This document shows, in pieces, positions 26,801 through 37,030 of a stretch of DNA of 64,000 bases. This stretch comes from a virus (taxonomy: Duplodnaviria > Caudoviricetes). The position numbers and the translations under genes are program-made. The notes beneath the pieces were generated by a model. That model saw nothing but the letters and a program-made list of their open reading frames with translations, made no database searches and had not been told where the DNA came from. The DNA is taken from the IMG/VR virus record IMGVR_UViG_3300002307_000018, positions 1 through 64,000 of that record, one strand, 5' to 3'. Within the stretch, counting starts at the first letter, position 1. The number at the start of each line of letters is the position of its first letter.

Positions 26801-29800
26801 AAATCACCACAGTCAAGAACAGCACTGACTCGTTCTTCTGGAGCGATATGCTACCAAGCGGTAGCCCATATGTTATCAACACATACTCAACACTAATTCC
26901 GCTGACAACAGTGACTTACCCGTTGAGCACAACATACAACTTTGCATCGGCAAATTTCAACGGTGTATTGGTATACTTGAACACAACAGTTAGTGGGCAA
27001 AAACAACAGTTTCAATTGATCAGCGGCACAGAATATGTGATCTCTGATATTTCTCCATCAGTGACAATCAACTATGCAATTCAAGCTGGTGATTCAATCA
27101 CGATCAAAGAATACAATCAAACATACGGAACATATTGTCCCAACACTCCAACAAAACTTGGACTGTATCAGTCATTTATTCCGCAAATTTATCTTGACAA
27201 CACATATACTGTACCAACTTACTTTTTGATTGGACACGATGGCAGCTACAACAAACTATACGGTACATATACCGATGGCGTGCTTTCAGATTTTCGTGAC
27301 AAAGTGCTGCTTGAATTTGAAAGTCGTGTATACAACAACTTGAAGATTAGCTCACCTGTTCCACTGACAGGCGACAAAGTTATTCCTGGACAATTTCGCA
27401 CAACTGATTATCTTTGGGAAGAAGTTTTGGAAATTTACCAAACAAACTTCTTGAAATGGGTTGGAGCAAATCGCATTGACTATAAGTCACAAGTGTACAG
27501 CAAGGCAAATCAATTTACATACAATTACAATCAAGCAACAATTGCACTGGACGGAGAATCACCTGCCACACTGATCAAGCAGGGATACTGGCGCGGCGTG
27601 TACAACTGGTTCTATGACACATCGAACCCAGCAAACGCTCCATGGGAAATGCTTGGTCTCACAGACGAACCCACTTGGTGGACACAACGATACGGCGCCG
27701 GCCCCTATACAAGTGACAACACATTCATGTGGGAAGAAATTGCCGCTGGATACATTTGGAATGACGGCGCACCCTATGTCAATCCGCTAAAGATCAGACC
27801 GCAACTTCTTGATGCACTGCCAGTCAACGCTGCCGGTACACTGCTGTCTCCGCTTGTCAACGTGGTAGGCAACTATAACTCATTGACGTTTCAACGTGAC
27901 TGGATCGTAGGCGATCAGGGTCCAGCAGAAACATCATACTTACGCTCGTCATCATGGCCGTTTGATTTGATGCGAATACTTGCGCTGACAAAACCAGCAC
28001 AGTTTTTCAACTTGAACGTTGATCGTGACTTATATAGATACAACACAACGTTTGATCAGTACCTATACAATGATCGCTATCATCTTGATCCACGTCAAGT
28101 TGTTGTATACGGCAACGGAGTTTCAAAAGCATCGTACATCAACTGGGTGGTAGATTTCATCAATCAGCGTGGAGTCAACGGTACTGACTATGTGACCACA
28201 GTGTTGCAAAACATTGACGTACGCTTGACATACAATCTTGCAGGCTTCTCGTCAAAACAATACTTGCACTTCTTGATTGAAAAATCAACGCCCAACAGTC
28301 AAAATAGTACGCTGATGATTCCAGACAACAGCTATTCTGTGCTGCTGTATGACAACCCTCCTGAAGACAAGATCATATACTCGTCAGTGATTGTTCAGCG
28401 TGTCAAAGACGGCTGGACAGTATGGGGCAACTCAAAGTTGAATCCATATTTTACACTGGCAGTTCCAAAAGGCGGAGTTGTCGAGCAAATATCACAGGGA
28501 AATGCCACAGTCACGGTATCAAATGAGTTCTATGACAATAAGACTGTTTCAATTCCTTACGGTCAAGTATTCTATACAATACAGGGTGTCTCTGAATTTA
28601 TTCGCAGCTATGGTGTGTATCTTGTTCAGCAGGGTATGATATTCAACTACAGCGTTGACACAAAGACATTTGACTGGACTCAAATGATACGTGAGTATCT
28701 TGCATGGGTTCAACAAGACTGGCAAGTTGGTTCAACCATTGCACTGAACCCGTCAGCAAAGCTCAACACTGTGTACAGACCAGGATTGATTGTTCAACCA
28801 TTGACGCTGCAACAGCAGAACTTTGTGCTGAATCAAAACTTGGTACCCTTACAAACGCAAAATCAAAACGTCATTCGTGAACAAGAAACATTCACAGTTC
28901 AAGTGCTGAGTGAGGGCGATACAATTGCTTTCACCAACTACAATCTTGCGTCAATTGAACATGCAGTTGTGTTTGACAACACCACAGTGTTCAACGATAC
29001 AATCTATGATCTTGTGACCGGTCTGCGCCAAGAACGCTTGTTGTTTCAGGGCAACAAATCGGCAGAATGGTCAGGATACATGAATGCACAGGGCTTCTTG
29101 ATCAACGAAGACAACATCAAAGAATGGGTTCCAAACGTCAAGTATCCATCAGGCGTGATCATCACGTACAAGGGACAATACTGGGTTGCAAATCGTTTGA
29201 TTGAACCGCAAGCTGAGTTCAACAAAGAACAATGGTACCCAACAACATACGACAAGATTCAAACAGGTCTGTTGCCCAACCCATCGACAAACGCATACGA
29301 GTCGCTGTACTACTATGACACATCACACCCATCATTGTACACAGACGAAGACTTGTCATCGTACTCACTGATCGGTTATCGTCCACGTCAATACTTGGCA
29401 GACGCTGATTTGTCAGTGACAACTCAGGTCGGTATCTATCAACAGTTGATTCAGTACAAGGGTACAAACTTGATTGCCAACGCATTCAAAAAGGCAGACT
29501 TGTTGCAGGGTCAAATCGACTATGATCTCAAAGAGAACTGGTCAATCAAGACAGCAACATTCGGTTCAGTCAACAACTCAAACTTTGTCGAGTTTCGTCT
29601 TGACGAAACATTGCTGACTGGCAACCCAACCTTGATTGGATTCACTGACAATAGTGCAAATGTCGTGAGTGTTGAACAGAACATCAACATTGCAACTGAT
29701 CTGATCAATTGGGAAATGCCACCAAAAACGGCAAACTTCTTGCCACCCTACCCATTGGTATACAATGACGAACGTGGTCTACCTACCGCTGGTTACGTCA

Positions 29801-32800
29801 ATCTCAATGATGTCAAGTTCACAGCATACGAACTGGCTGATCTGAATCAAATCAAGTCAAACGTTGAAACACTGTATCGTTCAGACTGTATTTGGATCGC
29901 ATCATACCGCGGTTCGTGGAACGTATTCACACCAACATCAGTGCAAACACAGATCACAGAGTGCATCAACAACTTGAATGGCACAGTGACAATTACATTT
30001 GCACAAGCACACAATCTTGCGAAAAATGATCCAGTTATGATCTTCAACTTTGATGATCGAATCAACGGATACTATGAAGTTCAAGATGTTCCATCATCAA
30101 CGCAGATTGTAATCACACTCAACTTGTCAGCAGCAACGCTTAAGATCACTGCTCAAGGCTTGTGCTTTAAGCTTGTGTCACGTCGCTTTAAGCAAGCAAG
30201 TGATATGGTATACAGCACAGTACCGTACAGTTCGTTCTATGCACGTAATGCTTGGGTCGATGAGAACGACAAGAATCAATGGGCAGTATGGCAAGCAGCA
30301 CCTATCTATACTCCGATTCTATTTTCACTCACACAAACTACCGCTGTCAACAACATTGGTGCAGCAGTAGCGTACTCAACAGTCATTGGCACAGTGACGT
30401 CTGACCCGCTGAATGGTAAACTGGTCAGACAGTATCCTGATCCAACTGATACAAACGGCGGAGTGCTCACACAAACAATCACGCTGCCAGGAACAGCAAT
30501 TGGACAACAATTGGTTGCCAAAGGCAGCTGGCTGTTTGCAAGTGATTCAGTGCATGGCAAAGTATACGTGTTTCATGTTGACCCAACGTTCAACTACATG
30601 TATCAAGTATCAGTGATATCACAGCAAAACACTGGCGCACTTGCTGTGTCAAATGATCTGAACTGGCTGTATATTGGTGACGCATTAACACAATCGGTAA
30701 AAGTATACGGACAAATCGCAACAGGTGTGTACTCATTGGTCAACACACTTGTGGGCCCAACAACAGCAGAAGGATTCGGAACATCACTTGCAACAGATAC
30801 AACAGGCGCAAAGCTTATTGTCGGAGCACCTTTGGAGACAATCACTCCAACCGTAGGCACTCCTATCGACAACTGCGGTGCAGCATACGTGTACAATCGC
30901 AGTGTTGAACGTTTCACAGCAAACGGCACATCATACGTCTATCAAGTCTCGCAAACAATACCATCAGGATATGCACGAGTATATGTCAATGATGTGCTTG
31001 ACACACAAGTGCAAATCACAGGCGCAAGCACAGTAAGATTCATGACTACCGCTCCTGCATTTGATGACATTATTGAGGTGTCATACGGAGCATTCACACT
31101 GCAACAACGTATCACATCACAGTTCCCAATCAACGGCGGCAATTTCGGTCAGTCAGTATCGACCAACAAATTCGGCGCACAGTTTGTTGTGGGTTGCCCG
31201 AACGAACTGGCAACTGCCAACAACATTGCAAACGTACAGGGTGCTGTGTACAAGTATACCAATAGCGGCCAACAGTACGGCTCAATCACTGGCATAGTCA
31301 AGAAGCCAGCAGTGGGTGTGTTGTTCATTGACGGTTTCAAAGTCAACTTCAACGGTTCTGCTGCCGCAATTGCACAGCAAATCAACACTCAGACTCCATA
31401 CAACATTCTTGCGGTTGCACAGGGTACAGCACTGACAATCTCGGTGTACAATGCAAGTGTTGAAGAGATCAACAACATTGTTGACGTAACTGCTGACACA
31501 ACCACGCTAAAAAATCTTGGTTTGACACTGTACACTCAAACACAAATCATTACGTCACCAACTTATGATCGTGATGGCAACTTTGGATACATTGTTGCAA
31601 TGGGTACTGACAGTTCATTGATCGTAAGCAACCCAGAGGGCACACCCTATTCAGAAACAACGTTTGACAAAATCAATGTCAACACATACAATGGATGGGC
31701 CACAACCAACTGGGACATCAACGCTTGGGGTGATGACAACTATCAATTCTATGCATCATCAACCAGCATTGACACAGACACACTATTTGACAATGGCGCA
31801 ACAACATTCATCGATGGATTCCAAAACATAGGCGTGGTCTATGAGTTCAACTATCTACCAGCGGCAAATGAAAACATCATGAACCCAGGTCAGTATGTGT
31901 TTGGACAGTACATTGACTGGATCGACACAGACTCGATATCATTGCAACCAAGCTTTGGCATTTCAATTGCAAACAATGATGGAGTGATTGTTGTAGGTGC
32001 AAAAGACTGGTTCAACAACACTGATGGTCTTGTTGTGACATATGTTCCCTACAGTCAAGCAACCTCATGGTGGGTTGACAAAGCTCCATTGCCAATGGTA
32101 TCAGTCAACAACTTGAACAACATTTCAATTTACGACACCATCAACAATACTACGCTTGCGTATCTTGATTACATTGATCCAGTGCAGGGCAAATTGCTGG
32201 GTGCAGTCACTACAAACTTAGACTACATTTCAGCCACTGACCCAGCAGTATACAACAGCGGTGTTGTATGGACAGCAGATCATGTGGGTCAAACATGGCT
32301 TGACACAACCAACTTGCGTATGCTGAACTACAATCAGCCTGACTTGGTATACAACGCATCAAATTGGGGCAAAGCATTCCCGGGTTCATTGGCAGACATT
32401 TACACGTGGGTCGAAAGCCCGCTACAACCAGTTGAATATCAGGGCAACGGTATCATTGTTGACTTCAACAAGTATACTATCACTCGCAGCTATGATCGTT
32501 CAACCAATGCAATGGTCACCAACTATTACTTCTGGGTCAAGACTCTGAACACAATACCGCCTGGCAAAACACTATCTCCACAAGCATTGAGTCAGTACAT
32601 TCTAAACCCAATCAACAGCGGCATACCATTCTTGGCAGCACTGACTACCAATGCTATTGCGTTGATGAACAACAACACATCAATTCAGAACAACAGTTCT
32701 GCGCTGCATCTTGGATACGCACTTGGTGTATCTACCGATCAAAAGCACACATCATGGACATTGATTGAAGACAACAACAAGAATGAATTCTTGCCTGGAT

Positions 32801-35800
32801 TGCCATCAGCAACAAATCAACAGCCTACTGACTTGTATGCCAAGTTCTTGGACTCATTTGCAGGACAAACACGTCAAGGGTTAACATTGCCAAATCAACG
32901 TTTGCCCGTTCTAAATCGCTATGGTACCGATCAGTATCAAACAATGTTCGTCAATCGAGCTGTTGCATTGCAAAACTATATTGAGTACGCAAACAATATC
33001 TTGATCAAGTTCCCAATAGCAGAGTCACGCTCACTATACTTCTTGAACAAAAGCGGTCCGGGTTGGGACACAGCCAACTTCTACACGTTGGTTGACTGGT
33101 ATGCTCCTGAATACAGCTCAAAGAACAAAGTATTGTTTGAAGTGCAGTACTACAATGATTTGAAAAAAATACAACCAAACGAAATCATTCCAAACACAGA
33201 GTCATTACACATTGGTCTGCAAGAGGGCATGATTGCTCGTGTGACAGGTAATGCCAACGGACTATGGGAAGATTATGTATACTCTTCAGCACTGGGTTGG
33301 ACTCGCATTGCATTGCAAAACGGTACCGTTCAACTACTGTCTACCATTTATACTGAACTTACTGGTTGGGACGAGCAAAACTGGGACATCTTGGACTGGG
33401 ATCAATCTCTTGCAGAAGAAACATACTGGATCATTCGTTGGTTGAATGAAGAATGCTATATCAATGATCTGCAAATTGAGCGCAACAACTCACTAATCTT
33501 GATGTTTGACTATATTGCAAGCGAAGCACTACAGCAACAAAACTACTTGCCATGGCTCAACAAGACATCATTGATCAACGTCACACACAAGGTTCGTGAT
33601 CTGTTACCATACAAGAAATTCCAACAAGACAATCAAGAATTCTTGTCAGGATACTTGAACGAGATCAAGCCATTCCACGTCAAGATCAACGACTTCTTGT
33701 TCACATACAGTGCGTTCGACGAGTATCTTGCTGACCCAACTGACTTTGATGTGCCAGCAACATACAACACAGCTACCTCTCAGTTTGAGTCTCCTCAACT
33801 TGTGTACAACCCGCTGTATGTCAATCCCAACGAGTACTTGCCTACTGCTTCAATTTGGAAACAACCTGAGTATACTGAGTGGTTCAATCACTACGGTTTG
33901 TCAATCATTGATGATTTAGATGCCAACATACCAGCGGTAACAGTGATAGACGGTGCTCGTGGATACTTGACGGCTCCGATAGTCACAATATCGATTGACA
34001 CATCAGTTTTCCCTGCTCCACGAGTGGCGGCAGTACTGAACTCAGTATTGCTGGGCGATGCACTCAGTTCAATCACAGTTGCAAATCCCGGAAATGGATA
34101 CGCAACAGAACCAACAATGACAATTCAACCGTCATCAATCGTTGGACAGTTTGCCGCTGAAGATGTCAATACTGTATTCAACACAATTACAATCACTGCT
34201 CATCCATTTGAGACTGGTGATCCAGTAGTGTACTCAAGCGGCGGAATTACGCAACCTCCAAAAGGGTTGACACAAGCAACTTACTACTATGTTCGCTCAA
34301 TCGATGTCAACACAATTGCGCTGTATGATTCAAAAGCATCGGCGTTCAATTCTAACAAGTCAGAGTTCTTGGACTTAAATCGTATTGTCTTGGTAGATCA
34401 AGGATTTGGTGTCAACAACTTCTTGAGCGTTACCGCTGTGGCAACGTTTGCAACAACAAGCAAGCCTGTACGTGAGATCACAACTACAATCAAGTTTGAT
34501 CGTATATCTTATGGCAGCAAGATCACTGAGTGGTCACCAGCAGGATTCTATGCTGGACTATTGGTTGATATTGGCACAGAATCATCATCAACCTTGCTGG
34601 TTGACTCAACCTTACCGTGGGATTACTTGGCATGGGACGCAACTCCATACTCACCAGTAATGTTGGCAAGCGCACAGGGCGCACGATTCCCAATCACGTC
34701 AATCGACAACTATCAAACAGGTACTGGTGTCGTGACAATGAATATCAATTATGGAGAAACTGTTGTTTGTCCGGGACAATTGAATGGACAAAAAGTTGAA
34801 GTGTGGGCAAATGACTTTACATACGCATCATACGGTAGACCACGTTGGTCAACTAATCGCTGGTCACAAAAAGATCGTGGTCTGCTAGGTTGGAAAGACA
34901 TGAGAGAGTTTTACGTTCAGGTCAGAAGTTCAACTGAAATTGCGCTGTATTATGACGCAAACTTTAATCACCCTGTGCAACTGGCAGACTTTCCGTATGG
35001 CTCAGGCGACACAGTATTCTTGCCAGAACCGTTTACATTCCAACGCAGCATGGTCACCTATGCTGGCAAACTATGGAAGTGTGTAGTCAGCAATCGCAAT
35101 CCACAAAACACATTCAACTATGACGATTGGGAACAAATTTTCTCTGATGATCGTTCATTGACCGCGGCAGATCGTATTGCAGCGTTTTATGCACCAACAG
35201 TGAACATGACTGGTCGTGATCTACGTCAATTGATGAGTGGAATTGAGTATCCCGATGCAACATTCTTGGGCACACCGTTCTCGTACAGCAATCAGAATTA
35301 CGACATGACTCCATACGATAACAACTTGTATGATCAAGATGTTGTTTTTGATATTGATACCAACTTGACCAGCCCAGCATTCAATGCTGATCTGTTGACC
35401 AACCCAACCGTGTATGATGTACAGGGTGGAGTATTTCAACAGGGTTACGGCCCAGAAGAAATGGTGCCTGGACTTGTCACAGACACGCTTGAGTTCACTG
35501 TCATTACTGATCCTGCAACATTACCTGCTGGACAATACATTGATTTCCGTATTCAAGTTGATAAATTTGGAGCAGGCGCAATATACAACGTTAATCCGTT
35601 TACTCAAACTGTACTTGCACAAGACTTTGTATCAACGGGAACAATCAGTGATGTAATTTACGTAGACGACGTTACAAAATTAGTGTCAATTAACACACAA
35701 AATGTAACTACAAATAGTTCTGGTGTTGTGGTCATTACAGGCGTACTCAAATCAATGACAGTACCGATCACGCTTGATATTCCAAATGCATTTTCTGCTA

Positions 35801-36195
35801 CTCAAATATCAGATGCATTGATTGAACTTATTATTCAGGGCATTTCTTCACCTACGTTAGTAGCGGTGACTACTACTGAGGGTAGCGAATTGCTGATCAA
35901 CAGTGAGTTTATCAAGTTTACTGCGTTCGATCTTGCACTGAACTGCGTGACTGGACTATTGCGCGGGCGTAAGGGTACAATCACCAATACGTTTGTAGAA
36001 AGTGGAACTGTTGTACAAAGCGTGTTGCAACGTGACAGATTGCCACAACAATTCTACAATCAATGGTGGTACAATCTGGCAGGATGGTCTTTCTATCCAT
36101 GGGATTCGTATGGCTATGACAATGGATTCCAATATCAGACGCTTGAACAAAGCACCACCGATGCGGCGATATTCCTCAAACGCACTGCACCGTAA
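23842..36195 (+). CDS. Giant baseplate wedge protein (gp7-like, 4117 aa) with FG-GAP-like beta-propeller repeats
   Basis: Follows gp6; N-terminal RTLDFLPEVFQTETNAQFLAATLDQL. Repeats such as FGTSLA..LIVGAP, FGQSVS..FVVGCP and FGISIA..IVVGA at about 30.5-32.0 kb. Confidence 0.65.
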   Translation: MATNQIRTLDFLPEVFQTETNAQFLAATLDQLVAQPKMNRVEGFIGQKYGYAVEKNDRYVVEPTQTRSDYQLDPSVVFLKPETQKAKDFINYPGMVNALKQQGAVTKNNNRLFENEFYSWDSFVDLDMIVNYSQYYWIPNGPDAVSVTTATIYNTQNYKVADNGNSYSLTGFTQTNPTITLLRGGTYTFEVDQTSQFWIQGVPGLTGYGINQNISTREVLGVDNNGATAGTITFTVPQKDAQQQYNLSGNYSTDIVTTLQFSDIDGQTTTTVGNIDGVTQLDGKTLMFYNNGDLTTQIYYYAISVNSITNIITLTPVATIINNERIVATSGTTWVGRQFYRDDTGLINIVPYLSSILDRLYYQDGSNARAYGIINIVDSNDTNAINLDEILGHSSYISPNGVDLINGLKIVFNSPTIPELYSGNEYYVEGVGSAIDLIPVSDMLAVETKTPPLYLPLQQDYIVINRDSRDRNAWSRGNRWFNTQVIDATIKYNGQLSTLLDNIATRAVRPIIQFDGNLGLYNYGTKSLGFVDLFDNVTTDAFLQVVGQTTYTIDGVVLQTGQTVVFNADTNEGVRQSVYTIGFAPVGPNDSLVLTLTPTPRIRWWLETANSTLDASLEINAVNNDQIYIASGQTYAGTAWRFSRLLTDDPQDGSWVYAQQKTSTNQAPLFDIYDENGFSLSNQAMYPSSTFQGCYLFSYTLGTGATDPVLGFPIAYSSAASIGDIEFTVNLNSDTFTYQQNLKLITDLVSMGYVYYYPIVDQPIQRTGWVDAAAPSVQTQVFEFDVTTAGTQLYICDVPANIDTVWKNIVVYYNSDILDPSKYTATIDSAANTTTIVLATPTTVNDKITILIISDVASSTGYYEIPTNLQNNPFNTNITIVNVGDLKNQYITMFNNSPDTTGPVFGPNNVYNLGNLNKYGTAIIQNSASLVLPGVFLRDPQLNVFEALQYNSDQYIDYKTLLVSLTDQNDFSIYTTPSQMLDTVLYQITTVKNSTDSFFWSDMLPSGSPYVINTYSTLIPLTTVTYPLSTTYNFASANFNGVLVYLNTTVSGQKQQFQLISGTEYVISDISPSVTINYAIQAGDSITIKEYNQTYGTYCPNTPTKLGLYQSFIPQIYLDNTYTVPTYFLIGHDGSYNKLYGTYTDGVLSDFRDKVLLEFESRVYNNLKISSPVPLTGDKVIPGQFRTTDYLWEEVLEIYQTNFLKWVGANRIDYKSQVYSKANQFTYNYNQATIALDGESPATLIKQGYWRGVYNWFYDTSNPANAPWEMLGLTDEPTWWTQRYGAGPYTSDNTFMWEEIAAGYIWNDGAPYVNPLKIRPQLLDALPVNAAGTLLSPLVNVVGNYNSLTFQRDWIVGDQGPAETSYLRSSSWPFDLMRILALTKPAQFFNLNVDRDLYRYNTTFDQYLYNDRYHLDPRQVVVYGNGVSKASYINWVVDFINQRGVNGTDYVTTVLQNIDVRLTYNLAGFSSKQYLHFLIEKSTPNSQNSTLMIPDNSYSVLLYDNPPEDKIIYSSVIVQRVKDGWTVWGNSKLNPYFTLAVPKGGVVEQISQGNATVTVSNEFYDNKTVSIPYGQVFYTIQGVSEFIRSYGVYLVQQGMIFNYSVDTKTFDWTQMIREYLAWVQQDWQVGSTIALNPSAKLNTVYRPGLIVQPLTLQQQNFVLNQNLVPLQTQNQNVIREQETFTVQVLSEGDTIAFTNYNLASIEHAVVFDNTTVFNDTIYDLVTGLRQERLLFQGNKSAEWSGYMNAQGFLINEDNIKEWVPNVKYPSGVIITYKGQYWVANRLIEPQAEFNKEQWYPTTYDKIQTGLLPNPSTNAYESLYYYDTSHPSLYTDEDLSSYSLIGYRPRQYLADADLSVTTQVGIYQQLIQYKGTNLIANAFKKADLLQGQIDYDLKENWSIKTATFGSVNNSNFVEFRLDETLLTGNPTLIGFTDNSANVVSVEQNINIATDLINWEMPPKTANFLPPYPLVYNDERGLPTAGYVNLNDVKFTAYELADLNQIKSNVETLYRSDCIWIASYRGSWNVFTPTSVQTQITECINNLNGTVTITFAQAHNLAKNDPVMIFNFDDRINGYYEVQDVPSSTQIVITLNLSAATLKITAQGLCFKLVSRRFKQASDMVYSTVPYSSFYARNAWVDENDKNQWAVWQAAPIYTPILFSLTQTTAVNNIGAAVAYSTVIGTVTSDPLNGKLVRQYPDPTDTNGGVLTQTITLPGTAIGQQLVAKGSWLFASDSVHGKVYVFHVDPTFNYMYQVSVISQQNTGALAVSNDLNWLYIGDALTQSVKVYGQIATGVYSLVNTLVGPTTAEGFGTSLATDTTGAKLIVGAPLETITPTVGTPIDNCGAAYVYNRSVERFTANGTSYVYQVSQTIPSGYARVYVNDVLDTQVQITGASTVRFMTTAPAFDDIIEVSYGAFTLQQRITSQFPINGGNFGQSVSTNKFGAQFVVGCPNELATANNIANVQGAVYKYTNSGQQYGSITGIVKKPAVGVLFIDGFKVNFNGSAAAIAQQINTQTPYNILAVAQGTALTISVYNASVEEINNIVDVTADTTTLKNLGLTLYTQTQIITSPTYDRDGNFGYIVAMGTDSSLIVSNPEGTPYSETTFDKINVNTYNGWATTNWDINAWGDDNYQFYASSTSIDTDTLFDNGATTFIDGFQNIGVVYEFNYLPAANENIMNPGQYVFGQYIDWIDTDSISLQPSFGISIANNDGVIVVGAKDWFNNTDGLVVTYVPYSQATSWWVDKAPLPMVSVNNLNNISIYDTINNTTLAYLDYIDPVQGKLLGAVTTNLDYISATDPAVYNSGVVWTADHVGQTWLDTTNLRMLNYNQPDLVYNASNWGKAFPGSLADIYTWVESPLQPVEYQGNGIIVDFNKYTITRSYDRSTNAMVTNYYFWVKTLNTIPPGKTLSPQALSQYILNPINSGIPFLAALTTNAIALMNNNTSIQNNSSALHLGYALGVSTDQKHTSWTLIEDNNKNEFLPGLPSATNQQPTDLYAKFLDSFAGQTRQGLTLPNQRLPVLNRYGTDQYQTMFVNRAVALQNYIEYANNILIKFPIAESRSLYFLNKSGPGWDTANFYTLVDWYAPEYSSKNKVLFEVQYYNDLKKIQPNEIIPNTESLHIGLQEGMIARVTGNANGLWEDYVYSSALGWTRIALQNGTVQLLSTIYTELTGWDEQNWDILDWDQSLAEETYWIIRWLNEECYINDLQIERNNSLILMFDYIASEALQQQNYLPWLNKTSLINVTHKVRDLLPYKKFQQDNQEFLSGYLNEIKPFHVKINDFLFTYSAFDEYLADPTDFDVPATYNTATSQFESPQLVYNPLYVNPNEYLPTASIWKQPEYTEWFNHYGLSIIDDLDANIPAVTVIDGARGYLTAPIVTISIDTSVFPAPRVAAVLNSVLLGDALSSITVANPGNGYATEPTMTIQPSSIVGQFAAEDVNTVFNTITITAHPFETGDPVVYSSGGITQPPKGLTQATYYYVRSIDVNTIALYDSKASAFNSNKSEFLDLNRIVLVDQGFGVNNFLSVTAVATFATTSKPVREITTTIKFDRISYGSKITEWSPAGFYAGLLVDIGTESSSTLLVDSTLPWDYLAWDATPYSPVMLASAQGARFPITSIDNYQTGTGVVTMNINYGETVVCPGQLNGQKVEVWANDFTYASYGRPRWSTNRWSQKDRGLLGWKDMREFYVQVRSSTEIALYYDANFNHPVQLADFPYGSGDTVFLPEPFTFQRSMVTYAGKLWKCVVSNRNPQNTFNYDDWEQIFSDDRSLTAADRIAAFYAPTVNMTGRDLRQLMSGIEYPDATFLGTPFSYSNQNYDMTPYDNNLYDQDVVFDIDTNLTSPAFNADLLTNPTVYDVQGGVFQQGYGPEEMVPGLVTDTLEFTVITDPATLPAGQYIDFRIQVDKFGAGAIYNVNPFTQTVLAQDFVSTGTISDVIYVDDVTKLVSINTQNVTTNSSGVVVITGVLKSMTVPITLDIPNAFSATQISDALIELIIQGISSPTLVAVTTTEGSELLINSEFIKFTAFDLALNCVTGLLRGRKGTITNTFVESGTVVQSVLQRDRLPQQFYNQWWYNLAGWSFYPWDSYGYDNGFQYQTLEQSTTDAAIFLKRTAP

Positions 36196-36212
36196 AGACT
36201 AAATAGTATATT

Positions 36213-36365
36213 ATGAATCAGAATTTGCCTAAACCCAGTCAACCCCCTGTGCAATCACAGGGTACAAAAAAGCCAAACGAACGAGTGGGCTTTAGTTTTA
36301 GTAGCGGTGTGACTATTAAAGATCCAGATAGCGGCAAAATTCTTGTTCAGTTGAGATGCAGTTAA
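36213..36365 (+). CDS. Small conserved-looking hypothetical protein (50 aa)
   Basis: MNQNLPKP...KKPNERVGFSFSSGVTIKDPDSGKILVQLRCS*. Follows TAAATA; IKDPDSG echoes KIYDPDSG in the next gene. Confidence 0.65.
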   Translation: MNQNLPKPSQPPVQSQGTKKPNERVGFSFSSGVTIKDPDSGKILVQLRCS

Positions 36366-36377
36366 CGGATAACCATT

Positions 36378-36995
36378 ATGAAAACAACTATTACTCTAGA
36401 TGTGCGAGGCTTTCTCAAGATATATGATCCTGATTCAGGAGAAGTGTTTGTTGACAAGAACAACGCAATCAACTATGAGAACATGAGCGAGTCAATGGCA
36501 CTGACATTGGCAGACAAAGGATACGGATACATCTACCAAATGGCATTTGGTAACGGTGCTGCAAGTATTGATGCTACTGGATTGATCACATATTTGCCAC
36601 CTAATACTACAGGTCAAAACGCCACACTATACAATCAAACCTACGCTAAAATCGTTGATGATACCTTAATTTCAAACAACGATCCACTGCGTAACAACAT
36701 GACAGTCAATCACGTGGTTGGTAACTTATACACTGACATCTTGGTTCAGTGTTTGCTGGGATACGGTGAGCCACAGGGTCAAATGGCATTTGATAACGGT
36801 ACAAATTTTGACAGTACATATACGTTTGACGAACTAGGATTACTTGCAAACTATGGCTTAGACGGAGAGGGCAATATTCAAACACGATTACTTACTCATG
36901 TTGTTTTTGCTCCAGTTCAAAAAGCACTTAACAGACAAATTCAAATTGATTACACTGTTAGAATTCAAGCTCTCACGAACTTGGTTACAATTTAA
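36378..36995 (+). CDS. Baseplate/tail-fibre attachment structural protein
   Basis: Gene context; MAFGNG...TFDELGL...LLTHVVFAPVQK tail-collar-like motifs. Confidence 0.55.
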   Translation: MKTTITLDVRGFLKIYDPDSGEVFVDKNNAINYENMSESMALTLADKGYGYIYQMAFGNGAASIDATGLITYLPPNTTGQNATLYNQTYAKIVDDTLISNNDPLRNNMTVNHVVGNLYTDILVQCLLGYGEPQGQMAFDNGTNFDSTYTFDELGLLANYGLDGEGNIQTRLLTHVVFAPVQKALNRQIQIDYTVRIQALTNLVTI

Positions 36996-37030
36996 GATAA
37001 ATAAATACATAACGGAGATTATTCCAAATC

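Noticed and set aside
16158-35656. Numerous antisense and alternate-frame ORFs of 60-140 aa in the track
   Set aside because: They are shadows of long genes, inflated by local depletion of TAA/TAG on both strands; no motifs, SD or promoters.
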